NCBI RefSeq assembly: GCF_000025925.1
Contig: NC_014033.1
Coordinates: forward strand, 600,001 to 632,000
Direction of reading: 5' to 3'
DNA from: Xylanibacter ruminicola 23
GTDB taxonomy: Bacteria; Bacteroidota; Bacteroidia; Bacteroidales; Bacteroidaceae
DNA length: 32,000 nt
Below are positions 16,128 through 24,706 of this stretch, piece by piece. Below the pieces are notes generated by a model that saw only the letters and a list, made by a program, of their open reading frames with translations, did no database searches and was not told the origin of the DNA. Position numbers and translations under genes: made by a program. Position 1 is the stretch's first letter. Each line of letters opens with the position of its first letter.

Positions 16128-17036
16128 ATGAAAAAGAACTTTATGTGGATGCACGCCGCCATCCGACCACCGGTACTCGCCATGGTCATCTGCGGCCTCA
16201 CAGTGACCACCATGACCTCGTGCTCTAACGACGACAGCCCCGTCGCACCCGTACTAACCACGCCTGAGACGCTCCTTGGCGAATGGTGTACCAGTGTGAA
16301 CCAAGGAGACATCGACGAGGATGCCCACGAGAATGATGTCACCGACATGCTGATCTCCTTCAACGAGAACGGCGTTATCATACAACGCGTCTATGCCGGT
16401 AACAAGACCGAGTCTGTCAGTCAATGGGAGCGTTTTCGCCGCCACGGCATCTATTCCGTCGACAATGCGACCCATACCATCAGCATGAAAAACATCTCCC
16501 TCACCCCCGCCAAAGCGGTATACAGCTTTGACGGTGACAAGCTCGTACTGACATTTGACGACGAGGAGAACCCCGGGGAGAAGCTGTCGATGACACTTCA
16601 CCGCCCCTCGAAGACTGAAAAGAAACTCTATGCCATTTACGACAGATCCATAGAGGCCGACGACTATATTGGCAAGTGGTTCGGCGTCAACGAGTTCAAC
16701 GGCCTCTACACCTACGTGATGAACGAGTTCACCGGAAACAGCAAGCTGAAGACCATCCGTTACTCGGTCTATGAGAATAAGTGTACCCGCACCGAAACGA
16801 CCTGGGATTTCAGACAAATCAAAGTGGCCGAAGGAGAGTACGACGAGCCGACAATAGAGCTCTACAGCCCTGACGACGACTCGAAGTCGACACTCTACTG
16901 GTGGAGGATAGAAGACGACAACCTCGTGTTGGGCATGTGGGAATACGAGAATATGTTCTCGGCATTCCACCCCATTACACAGGCTGACATCGACCTGATG
17001 GCCGAGTTAGACAGGATGAGTGAAAGCAACGACTAA
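16128..17036 (+). CDS. Lipoprotein with two lipocalin-like repeats and a signal peptide related to the four paralogs
   Basis: MKKNFMWMHAAI..ICGLTVTTMTSC followed by SNDD. The mature part has two halves with the pattern G.W......F...G.......Y....D.L.L, common in Bacteroidota lipocalin-like lipoproteins. The track ORF start at 15918 overlaps the pseudogene in another frame and is rejected. Confidence 0.6.
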   Translation: MKKNFMWMHAAIRPPVLAMVICGLTVTTMTSCSNDDSPVAPVLTTPETLLGEWCTSVNQGDIDEDAHENDVTDMLISFNENGVIIQRVYAGNKTESVSQWERFRRHGIYSVDNATHTISMKNISLTPAKAVYSFDGDKLVLTFDDEENPGEKLSMTLHRPSKTEKKLYAIYDRSIEADDYIGKWFGVNEFNGLYTYVMNEFTGNSKLKTIRYSVYENKCTRTETTWDFRQIKVAEGEYDEPTIELYSPDDDSKSTLYWWRIEDDNLVLGMWEYENMFSAFHPITQADIDLMAELDRMSESND

Positions 17037-17252
17037 AAACGAGTAATAATATGCAGAAAATGAGATTCATAATCGCCCTCTGGCTGACGATAGCCGCCAT
17101 CGGGGAGTGCACAGGGAAACGCCACCGTGGGTGCCGAGCGTATGCCCGACCAAGTGCTGATGAGCGACGGCAGTACGCAGGGCACTGGCATATCGCACGA
17201 CGGTGCCACCGAGGACAACCGATAAAGTAATCATAATGTAAAAAATAAAAGA

Positions 17253-17294
17253 AATACCCTCAGGCTCGCTTGCCCGAGGGTATTCCTTTTTTTT
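17253..17294 (+). terminator. Rho-independent terminator
   Basis: A 9-bp stem AATACCCTC/GAGGGTATT (17253-17261 and 17276-17284) followed by CCTTTTTTTT. Confidence 0.7.
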
Positions 17295-17417
17295 ACAGGG
17301 TGCAAAGGTAATACATTAGAAAGGCGGTTGCAAGCTTTTTGGCGTTTTTTATGCAACAAAATATCTAAAAGATATTAAATTCTAGGGGGTGCATCGAGTT
17401 TTGATGCACACTTGTGT

Positions 17418-17425
17418 TATCTTTG
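17418..17425 (+). promoter_or_regulatory. -7 box TATCTTTG upstream of hipB
   Basis: Matches TAnnTTTG and is followed by GCACC. A second box, TAACTTTG at 17542-17549, lies only 4 nt before the ATG. Confidence 0.35.
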
Positions 17426-17553
17426 CACCAGTATTAGCATCAAGAGTGCTTAAGTGCACACCAACCGGCCTGTAAATGTATAAATAAGGTTAATTATAAT
17501 ATATTTTATTTTCAAAATTTGGCTTTTAAGTATATTATTATTAACTTTGCAAT

Positions 17554-17871
17554 ATGTTTAAAGATGATATATACGCACAATCAAATTCATCAATTATCGC
17601 TGGACTTGGAAAAAGAGTGCGTGAATACAGAATGAAGGCGCAGTTGACTCAGGAAGAGTTAGCTGCAAAGGCTGGTATATCGGTGTTGACACTAAAGAAG
17701 TTTGAGAATGCTAAGACTGCAAATATAAACATGCAGTCCTTCCTTGCTATTCTGAGGGCTTTACAGCAGTTGGAGTGTGTCGGGAATATCCTTCCGGAGC
17801 TTCCTGTTCCTCCATCGGTACTAAGACAATATCAAGAGAAAACTCCAAAGAGGATAAGGCATGGAAAATAA
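17554..17871 (+). CDS. hipB: XRE-family HTH protein, HipB-like antitoxin
   Basis: LGKRVREYRMKAQLTQEELAAKAGISVLTLKKFENAK is a canonical Cro/C1 HTH. An 11-nt overlap couples it to the downstream hipA. Confidence 0.8.
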   Translation: MFKDDIYAQSNSSIIAGLGKRVREYRMKAQLTQEELAAKAGISVLTLKKFENAKTANINMQSFLAILRALQQLECVGNILPELPVPPSVLRQYQEKTPKRIRHGK

Positions 17872-19348
17872 TATTGTAAAGGTTAGTCTTTGGGGGCAGA
17901 CCATAGGCGAGATATATTGGGATGAAAAGAGGAAACAGTCATGTTTTTCCTTTTCGAGTGATTTTGTTGCAAAGGGCCTTGACATAGCACCTTTGACGGC
18001 ATCCATTCATAATCCGCTATTAGCTCAGGGTGAAGTGTATCTCGGAAACAAGAAAGACTTGTACAAAGGACTGCCAGAGTTTCTCGCAGACTCTCTGCCG
18101 GATAATTGGGGCGAGAGGGTGATGAAACATTGGGCAGACCACTATGGGGGAAAGGTACGCCTTACTCCAGTTGATGCTCTGTCGCTTATGGGAAAACGTT
18201 CTATGGGAGCCTTGGAGTTTGAACCGTATATGGAAAAGTGGGAGAAAACCACGGATATCCTGCTGCCTGAACTATATAAGTTGGCCAGTATAATAATGGA
18301 GGAAAGTAAGTTCCCTGAAGGGGAAGATCCGCTGATACACCTCCAGAACCTTTTTAGTGTGGGAACCTCTGCGGGTGGCAAACGTCCGAAAGCAATCATT
18401 GCAATCAATCAGAAAACAGGTGAAATTAAGTCTGGACAGGGGCTTCTTTCCGATGAATACAAATACTATATTCTGAAGTTTAATGAGCGCAAGCAGTTCC
18501 CTACCACGCTGCTTGAGAAGACTTATTATGACATGGCTGTTGCGGCTGGCATCCCTATGATGCCATCGTCGCTCATGGATATTAATGGAATTCCTAATTT
18601 CTTGACAGAGCGTTTCGATAGGGTGGATGGAACTAAAGTCTATACTCAGACATTGGCAGCATTGGCGCCGGAAGCTGATTCTTATGAAGATCTTTTCAGC
18701 GTGGCAAGGAAATTAGCAGTACCTTATGACGAACTTGTAAAGCTGTACCGACAGACAGTGTTCAACTTCCTTGGTGATAACCTTGACGACCATAATAAGA
18801 ACTTCTCGTTTGTTATGAAAAAGAATGGAGATTGGCATATATCCCCAGCATACGACTTATGCTTTACATACGATCTGACAGGTATGGGCTTTGCCAACCG
18901 CCATGAATTATCTGTGTGTGGTAAGGACAAAGATATTACGAAAGATGATCTCCTGAATTTCGGAAAGGCAAACGACATACGGGCTGCCGAATCCGTCATC
19001 AGGGAAATATCTGACGTCTTGATGAGATTTAAGGAGTTTGCCCTGAAAAACGGAGTGAGCGAGGTCTATGCAGAGGTTATCCAGAAGAAACTCTGTCAGA
19101 ACTTAGATGTCAAGTCTGAGAAAGATGGGGAGCAGAGGGTTGACGATGATTCAGAACAGTCTGGCATTTTCGACAGTGTTGTAATTCGGAAGAACAAGGA
19201 GAAATATACTATACACGCCAGCAAAAACGGAGTCAGACTTCGTGAGAAGAGACTTTCGCAAGAGGAGTATATGGCATATTCTTTTGGACTTGTATCAAAG
19301 GAAAAACTTGCACTAAAGTATTTCCGCGATGAAATAAATAATACATAA
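17861..19348 (+). CDS. hipA: HipA-family serine/threonine kinase toxin with a C-terminal extension of about 90 aa
   Basis: A HipA N-terminal coupling domain (VSLWGQTIGEIYWD...LPEFLADSLPDNWG), then SAGGKRPKA, ERFDR, the catalytic DDHNKNFSF and SPAYDL. Confidence 0.9.
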   Translation: MENNIVKVSLWGQTIGEIYWDEKRKQSCFSFSSDFVAKGLDIAPLTASIHNPLLAQGEVYLGNKKDLYKGLPEFLADSLPDNWGERVMKHWADHYGGKVRLTPVDALSLMGKRSMGALEFEPYMEKWEKTTDILLPELYKLASIIMEESKFPEGEDPLIHLQNLFSVGTSAGGKRPKAIIAINQKTGEIKSGQGLLSDEYKYYILKFNERKQFPTTLLEKTYYDMAVAAGIPMMPSSLMDINGIPNFLTERFDRVDGTKVYTQTLAALAPEADSYEDLFSVARKLAVPYDELVKLYRQTVFNFLGDNLDDHNKNFSFVMKKNGDWHISPAYDLCFTYDLTGMGFANRHELSVCGKDKDITKDDLLNFGKANDIRAAESVIREISDVLMRFKEFALKNGVSEVYAEVIQKKLCQNLDVKSEKDGEQRVDDDSEQSGIFDSVVIRKNKEKYTIHASKNGVRLREKRLSQEEYMAYSFGLVSKEKLALKYFRDEINNT

Positions 19349-19359
19349 TGTAGTCTAGA

Positions 19360-19382
19360 AAGTCCCAATTTGGGACTTTTTT
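19360..19382 (+). terminator. Rho-independent terminator of hipA
   Basis: An 8-bp stem AAGTCCCA/TGGGACTT with a 3-nt loop, followed by a T-run. Confidence 0.75.
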
Positions 19383-19410
19383 GTTGCAAGACGATTTTTC
19401 TTGCAAAGTT
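19372..19410 (+). repeat. Short intergenic repeat, copy c (includes a perfect inverted repeat TTGCAAGA-N7-TCTTGCAA at 19384-19406)
   Basis: GGGACTTTTTTGTTGCAAGACGATTTTTCTTGCAAAGTT matches the first 39 nt or so of copies a and b. It ends 27 nt before the second 2.7-kb repeat. Confidence 0.7.
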
Positions 19411-19468
19411 GAGAAGAGCCATGAGCCTCTTGACTGAATTATTGCCTAACTTTTATATAAACTTGTTT

Positions 19469-21970
19469 TTATAACTCTATCACACGGAAAGTGTAAGGGG
19501 GTAGCGTGAGGACGTTGGGGCCTGCTACTCCTTGCTTCATCTCAAGCGTCTGGTCGGTGGGCTGACCGCTGAACTCCTCGGTCTTGCTGTCGGCTGGGAT
19601 AGTGAGGCCGTTGGCTTTGATGGTGAGCTCTACGGGCAGGGCGTTTACCAACTTGAGATAGCGACGGCCGGTGGCACTGTGGCGAACCAGACTGACGCCT
19701 ACGCGATGTTTAAGTTCGGGGGCAATCTGGATGTCGGTGCTCACGTACTTGTCGCCACCATATACCGAGAACATGCGCTGAACATGGTAGGCATGGGTGG
19801 GGCGGACTTCGGTGTTAGAGAAGTAGATCATGTCGGGATCCCAGTTGTGGTGCTTATCCTTGGCCAGCATCGGGGCGTAGCTGGTCATCTCTACCACGTC
19901 GCCATTGCGCTCAACATCGGTGAGATAGAGGGCTTCGGCCAGTGCGGTCTCGATATTGGGACGCTTGACATTGGTTGAGGCTGCATATTCGCCAAGATAA
20001 ACCTTAGGCATGGTGCGATCGTAACCGTCGTAATAGTTGCGATGGTGCATGAACCAACCGGTTGACTCGTAGTAGTGCTCATCAACCATATACTGCAGCT
20101 CGGGATGGCGCTTGGTGAAGTCCCATCCTTCGACGTAATCGGCACTTGGGGCGTGGAAAGGTCCTACGGTGCCACAAATCTTAATCTCGGGATATTTCTG
20201 ACGGATGGCCTTGCAGATCATCTCGTAGCGCTCTTCGAACACGGTGCCGATGATGTCCTCGTTGCCTATACCTATATATTTAAGGTTGAATGGGGCGGGG
20301 TGACCGGCATCAGCGCGAAGCTTGGCCCACTTGGAGGTGGCGGGATCGCCATTGGCCCACTCAATCAGGTCGAGCAGCTCCTGGATGTAAGCTGGCATCT
20401 GATCCATAGGGATGCCGCACTGCTGACCGCCTATACCCTGGGCGTTGGCGGCTGAGTTCTGGCATGGAACGCCTGCTGCAAGCACTGGGAGTGGCTCGGC
20501 ACCGATGTCCTCGCAGAACTGGAAATACTCGAAGAATCCCAGTCCGCGTGTCTGATGATAGCCCCAGATATTGAAGTCGGGTTTGCGGTCCTGAAGTGGA
20601 CCTACGGTGTGGTTCCAATGGTAGATATTGTCGAGGCCCTGACCATGGCTCATGCAACCGCCTGGGAAACGGACGAACTTGGGCTTTAGGTCGGCGATGA
20701 CCTGAGCTAAGTCGCGACGCAGACCGTTAGGACGGTTCATAAATGTTTCTTGTGGAAAGAGCGAAATCATATCGAGTCCCACACGGACGGACTTCTGCGG
20801 AATGATGGCCAGACGGGCCTTGGTGCAGCTCTTCTTGGTGCTGAGCACGCAGGTGTACTGTTGCCAATCGGTGCCCTGGGTTTTGAGTTTGCTGCTGGCA
20901 AGTATGGTGCCATCGGTGCCTATTAGCTGAATCGTGAAGTTCTGCTTCTGACCGTCGGCCAGAACATACATCGAGAAGTTGTACTTATGGCCGGCCTCTA
21001 CGGCGATGCCATCCCAACCCTCGTTCCACAGTGTGTCGGCAACAATCACAGCATAGTGGGGATTGTTGCTGCTGAGTGGGTGCTGGGTGGAAATATCGAT
21101 AGGACTGGCTGAGTGCCAGGCGGTGGTGGCGTTCCACTCGCGACGATCTTTTGCGTTGTATTCGAAGTCGCGGTTCTGAATCAGTTCGGCATACAGACCG
21201 CCATCGGCAGCATAGCTGATGTCTTCGAAGAAGATACCTATCAGTTTGTCGCTGATGGTCTTCTCGCTGTTGCTCACGTGAAGTGTGGCTGTCACAGGCT
21301 GATGGGGCAGCAGGGGATTCTTGGTATCGTCGTGCATGCGCTCACTGCTGAGACGTGCGTCGGTCTGCAACTGTTGGAAGTGACTAGTGATGGTGCTGAG
21401 CTCCTGCGCTGTGATGTCGAAGGTGTTGCCCTCGTGCAACTTGCCTGCTATGGTGGCGGTGTCGCGCGTCCAGGCAGCCTGATCGATCAGGCTCTTCTGG
21501 TCTTTGCTGAATTGACGGAAGTTGCCCGATGCAGATACCCAGCGCTTGTCACCGGTCTTCGTCTGATAATAGATGTCGAAGGTGCCATTGTCATTGGCAA
21601 AGACTACCGGCTTGAGGCACTGTTGCGTTGACATCACAGGATAGTCTTGTGGGCGCCAGGTTACCAAGTTGCGGCTATAGGCTGCGGCAAAGAGTGGTGA
21701 ACTGTCGTTGACCTGAAACACCAGGCGCCAGGTGCCATCGGCAGCGCGGGCCACTGAGGGGTGGTACATGCGCTTCTCGGCTCCCCATGTGCCATAGTCG
21801 GACGAGCATAGCTGACCCATCTCCTGCCAACCGTTGGGGGTGAATTGTGCTACATGCAAGCCGGCGTGCTCACCTGGGCTATAGACAAACACGCGCTTGG
21901 TGGTCTGAGCGCAAACGCTGATAGACGCTGTGGCGAAAATGCCTAAGAGGTAAAATCTTGATTTCTTCAT
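19469..21970 (-). CDS. GH51 alpha-L-arabinofuranosidase, copy 2
   Basis: It has the same motifs as copy 1 and differs from it at 11 residues. The start is at MKKSRFY. Confidence 0.9.
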   Translation of the reverse strand: MKKSRFYLLGIFATASISVCAQTTKRVFVYSPGEHAGLHVAQFTPNGWQEMGQLCSSDYGTWGAEKRMYHPSVARAADGTWRLVFQVNDSSPLFAAAYSRNLVTWRPQDYPVMSTQQCLKPVVFANDNGTFDIYYQTKTGDKRWVSASGNFRQFSKDQKSLIDQAAWTRDTATIAGKLHEGNTFDITAQELSTITSHFQQLQTDARLSSERMHDDTKNPLLPHQPVTATLHVSNSEKTISDKLIGIFFEDISYAADGGLYAELIQNRDFEYNAKDRREWNATTAWHSASPIDISTQHPLSSNNPHYAVIVADTLWNEGWDGIAVEAGHKYNFSMYVLADGQKQNFTIQLIGTDGTILASSKLKTQGTDWQQYTCVLSTKKSCTKARLAIIPQKSVRVGLDMISLFPQETFMNRPNGLRRDLAQVIADLKPKFVRFPGGCMSHGQGLDNIYHWNHTVGPLQDRKPDFNIWGYHQTRGLGFFEYFQFCEDIGAEPLPVLAAGVPCQNSAANAQGIGGQQCGIPMDQMPAYIQELLDLIEWANGDPATSKWAKLRADAGHPAPFNLKYIGIGNEDIIGTVFEERYEMICKAIRQKYPEIKICGTVGPFHAPSADYVEGWDFTKRHPELQYMVDEHYYESTGWFMHHRNYYDGYDRTMPKVYLGEYAASTNVKRPNIETALAEALYLTDVERNGDVVEMTSYAPMLAKDKHHNWDPDMIYFSNTEVRPTHAYHVQRMFSVYGGDKYVSTDIQIAPELKHRVGVSLVRHSATGRRYLKLVNALPVELTIKANGLTIPADSKTEEFSGQPTDQTLEMKQGVAGPNVLTLPPYTFRVIEL

Positions 21971-22000
21971 TATTATTGTGTCATTAATTCTTTGAGGATG

Positions 22001-22008
22001 CAAAGGTA
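22001..22008 (-). promoter_or_regulatory. -7 box TACCTTTG (minus strand) for GH51 copy 2
   Basis: Identical to 7957-7964. Confidence 0.45.
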
Positions 22009-22083
22009 ATGAATTATAGCGTAAAAATGCAAGTGAAATTCAGAAAAAGTTGCTTGGGAAGGAAATATCTTCAAAAACTTTTG

Positions 22084-22091
22084 TATATTTG
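22084..22091 (+). promoter_or_regulatory. -7 box TATATTTG for the second GH51 gene
   Basis: Matches TAnnTTTG, 54 nt upstream of ATG 22145. Confidence 0.45.
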
Positions 22092-22144
22092 CACCCGATA
22101 TGATTATTACTATCTTTTTAAAACGTTACTATTTTGAAACTATT

Positions 22145-24706
22145 ATGAACTGTAAAAAATCGCTCTTTATGGGCTGCTGGGCTGCTATGGCTGCCACTGC
22201 ACAGGCTCAGATAACCATTGATATCGATGCACAGCAGCGAGGCCCTAAGGTGAGCCCCATGCTTTATGGCATCTTTTATGAGGATATCAACCATGCCGCT
22301 GATGGAGGCATCTATGCCGAACTGATCAGAAACCGCTCGTTTGAGGATGGACCGCGCTTTGGTGCTCCTGCCGACATGCAGGGGTGGGCTACCGTGGCTG
22401 CAGAGCCTTCTGTGTTGGCCGCCCGTCTCATTCAAGACTCGAAGAAAACGCCTCTGCTCAATAGTGCCCAGCACCATGCCCTGCAGTTGGATGTCAAGGC
22501 ATCACCAGCTGCGCCTGTAAGTCTGATTAACGAGGGCTACTGGGGGATTAACGCCGTGCAGGGACGCACCTATCGCCTGTCGTTCTGGGCCAAGGCGCCA
22601 GCCTATAGGGGCACCGTGAAGGCAGAACTGCGCTCGGCCGACGGAAAACAGGTGTACGCTCAGCAGCAGGTGGCTGTATTCGCCGCTGCTAAAAAGCGGG
22701 GGTGGACAAAATACGAGGCCACGCTGACCGCTCTTGACAATGATGCCCAGGCGCAGTTCGCGCTTGTGTTCGATGGTGTAGGACAGGTGCAGCTGGATAT
22801 GGTGAGCCTCTTCCCACCCACATTCCGCAATCGTGAGAACGGTATGCGTCCTGATTTGGCCAACATGCTGTGGCAGTTGCATCCTAAGTTTATGCGATTC
22901 CCTGGTGGTTGTTTCGTGGAGGGGCAGGAGAGTCCCGACAATGCCTTCCGCTGGCAGCGCACCATCGGTCCTGTCGAAGAGCGTGAAGGCCACTGGAATG
23001 TGAACTGGGGCTACCGTACCACCGATGGACTGGGGTATCATGAGTATCTGCAGTTGGCTGAGGATCTGGTGGCCAAACCGCTCTACGTGGTGAACGTGGG
23101 GATATGGCACGGCGGACAAACACCTTACGATAGTATCCAACCATGGATAGACGAGTGCTTGAATGCGCTGGAGTATGCCAACGGTCCCGTCAGTTCCAAG
23201 TATGGAGCCATGCGTGCCAAAAACGGTCATCCAGAACCCTTCGGAATAGAATATCTTGAGGTGGGTAATGAGAACAACCAGCCCGATCCGCGGCAGCAGA
23301 GCGATCACTATTACGAGCGTTACGAACAGTTTTACAATGCCATCAAGGCCAAATATCCCGATATGAAAATCATAGGCAATGTGGTGGCTTGGGGCGATGA
23401 TAATCCGAAATGGGGCAGCAGTCTGCCCGTGGATTTGTTGGACGAGCATTATTACCGCTCGCCCGACTGGTTTGCTGATGCTTTCCACAAATACGACAGC
23501 TACGACCGCCAAGGACCTAAGGTGTATGTGGGTGAATATGCCGTGACCAATGGCTACGGCACGCTGGGCAATATGAATGCTGCACTGGGCGAGGCCATCT
23601 ATATGATGGGTATGGAGAACAATGCCGACGTGGTGGAACTGGCATCTTATGCCCCTATCTTCGTCAACGAGAATGATGCCCGTTGGCGCCCGGATATGAT
23701 ACGCTTCAGCAGCAGTCGTGCGATGGGCACTCCGAGCTACTACGTGCAACAGCTCATGCCACAGCATCTGGGCACGCAGGTGCTGAAAGTGCAGCTAACT
23801 AATCCTTATAAAGATAAGGTGGTGAAACAGATTACGCCAAAGCAGAGTAGAGTGGGGTATGGTACATGGAACACACGCGCCACTTTCCAATGTGATAAAG
23901 AGGTGGACTGCATGTATGGCGACTGGCAGATAGAGGGTGGCATGCTGCACCAGACTGGACATAAGGATGCCACGCGCTGCATTCAGAAGGATGTCATAGA
24001 CGGCGATCACTATACCTGTAAGTTCCGCTGTCGCAAAGACGAAGGGGCCGAGGGCTTTATCGTCATCTTTAACTATGTGGATGACAAGAACTACTGTTGG
24101 GTGAACCTTGGCGGATGGACCAACTCGCAGCATGCCATCGAGCAGATTAGCAATGGCGGCAAACTGCTGACCGACAGTAAGCGTGGGCGCATTGAGGCAG
24201 GACGCTGGTATGATGTTACCCTGCAGGTGGCAGGCGACAGTGTGAAGGTATGGCTCGACAATGAGCAGCTGTTTGATACTGTGCTCAAGCGCGACCACAC
24301 CAAGGGTATCTACTCATCGGCCACCATCAACGACGCCACTGGCGAGATTATTGTAAAAGTGGTGAACAACGATGATGCTGCCACCACAGCTCGTATTAGT
24401 CTGAAGAACTTTGCGCCAAGCGAAGCCCGAGTAGTGAGGTTGGCTGCCAACGACGGTATGGAGGAGAATACGCTCCAGCAGCCCACAACCATTCATCCCG
24501 TAGAGCAACAACTCTCGACAGCTGATGACCACGTGATGCTAACCGTGCCCCCATATTCGCTGAACATCGTCACAATAAAAACAGATGACTATCTGTTCTC
24601 TAAGGGCATTTCAACTGCCAACAACGAAACTGCCAGCACCTTAATTTCAGGAAAAGGGCCGCTATATCGTCGGAAAATAGTGGGACAGGAAGCCACGACA
24701 TTTTGA
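22145..24706 (+). CDS. GH51 alpha-L-arabinofuranosidase (distinct paralog) with an inserted lectin/LamG-like module and an atypical C-terminal tail
   Basis: Signal peptide MNCKKSLFMGCWAAMAATAQAQ. GH51 motifs are ADGGIYAELIRNRSFE, LEVGNENN and YVGEYA. After PPYSLNIVTIK, where copy-1-type enzymes end, a further 40 aa or so follow that do not look native. Confidence 0.85.
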   Translation: MNCKKSLFMGCWAAMAATAQAQITIDIDAQQRGPKVSPMLYGIFYEDINHAADGGIYAELIRNRSFEDGPRFGAPADMQGWATVAAEPSVLAARLIQDSKKTPLLNSAQHHALQLDVKASPAAPVSLINEGYWGINAVQGRTYRLSFWAKAPAYRGTVKAELRSADGKQVYAQQQVAVFAAAKKRGWTKYEATLTALDNDAQAQFALVFDGVGQVQLDMVSLFPPTFRNRENGMRPDLANMLWQLHPKFMRFPGGCFVEGQESPDNAFRWQRTIGPVEEREGHWNVNWGYRTTDGLGYHEYLQLAEDLVAKPLYVVNVGIWHGGQTPYDSIQPWIDECLNALEYANGPVSSKYGAMRAKNGHPEPFGIEYLEVGNENNQPDPRQQSDHYYERYEQFYNAIKAKYPDMKIIGNVVAWGDDNPKWGSSLPVDLLDEHYYRSPDWFADAFHKYDSYDRQGPKVYVGEYAVTNGYGTLGNMNAALGEAIYMMGMENNADVVELASYAPIFVNENDARWRPDMIRFSSSRAMGTPSYYVQQLMPQHLGTQVLKVQLTNPYKDKVVKQITPKQSRVGYGTWNTRATFQCDKEVDCMYGDWQIEGGMLHQTGHKDATRCIQKDVIDGDHYTCKFRCRKDEGAEGFIVIFNYVDDKNYCWVNLGGWTNSQHAIEQISNGGKLLTDSKRGRIEAGRWYDVTLQVAGDSVKVWLDNEQLFDTVLKRDHTKGIYSSATINDATGEIIVKVVNNDDAATTARISLKNFAPSEARVVRLAANDGMEENTLQQPTTIHPVEQQLSTADDHVMLTVPPYSLNIVTIKTDDYLFSKGISTANNETASTLISGKGPLYRRKIVGQEATTF

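Larger units (their letters stand above)
19438..22136. repeat. 2,699-bp direct repeat, copy 2
   Basis: See copy 1; constant offset of 14,044 nt. Confidence 0.95.

Noticed and set aside
16254-16970. 238-aa minus-strand ORF
   Set aside because: It is antisense to the 16128-17036 lipoprotein gene, which has a proper signal peptide, lipobox and ATG. Its translation is Val/Gly/His-rich and featureless.
17051-17230. 59-codon ORF with a signal-peptide-like start (MQKMRFIIALWLTIAAIGEC...) followed by an Arg-rich tail
   Set aside because: It is below any reasonable evidence threshold. The more protein-like continuation (..GNATVGAERMPDQVLMSDGSTQGTGISHDGATEDNR*) is in a different frame. It may be a frameshifted relic, but I cannot support a call. 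The antisense ORF 17033-17218 is likewise rejected.
22502-23767. 421-aa minus-strand ORF, and other antisense ORFs, across the second GH51 gene
   Set aside because: They are antisense to a gene with clear GH51 catalytic motifs. They have no motif of their own and odd composition.
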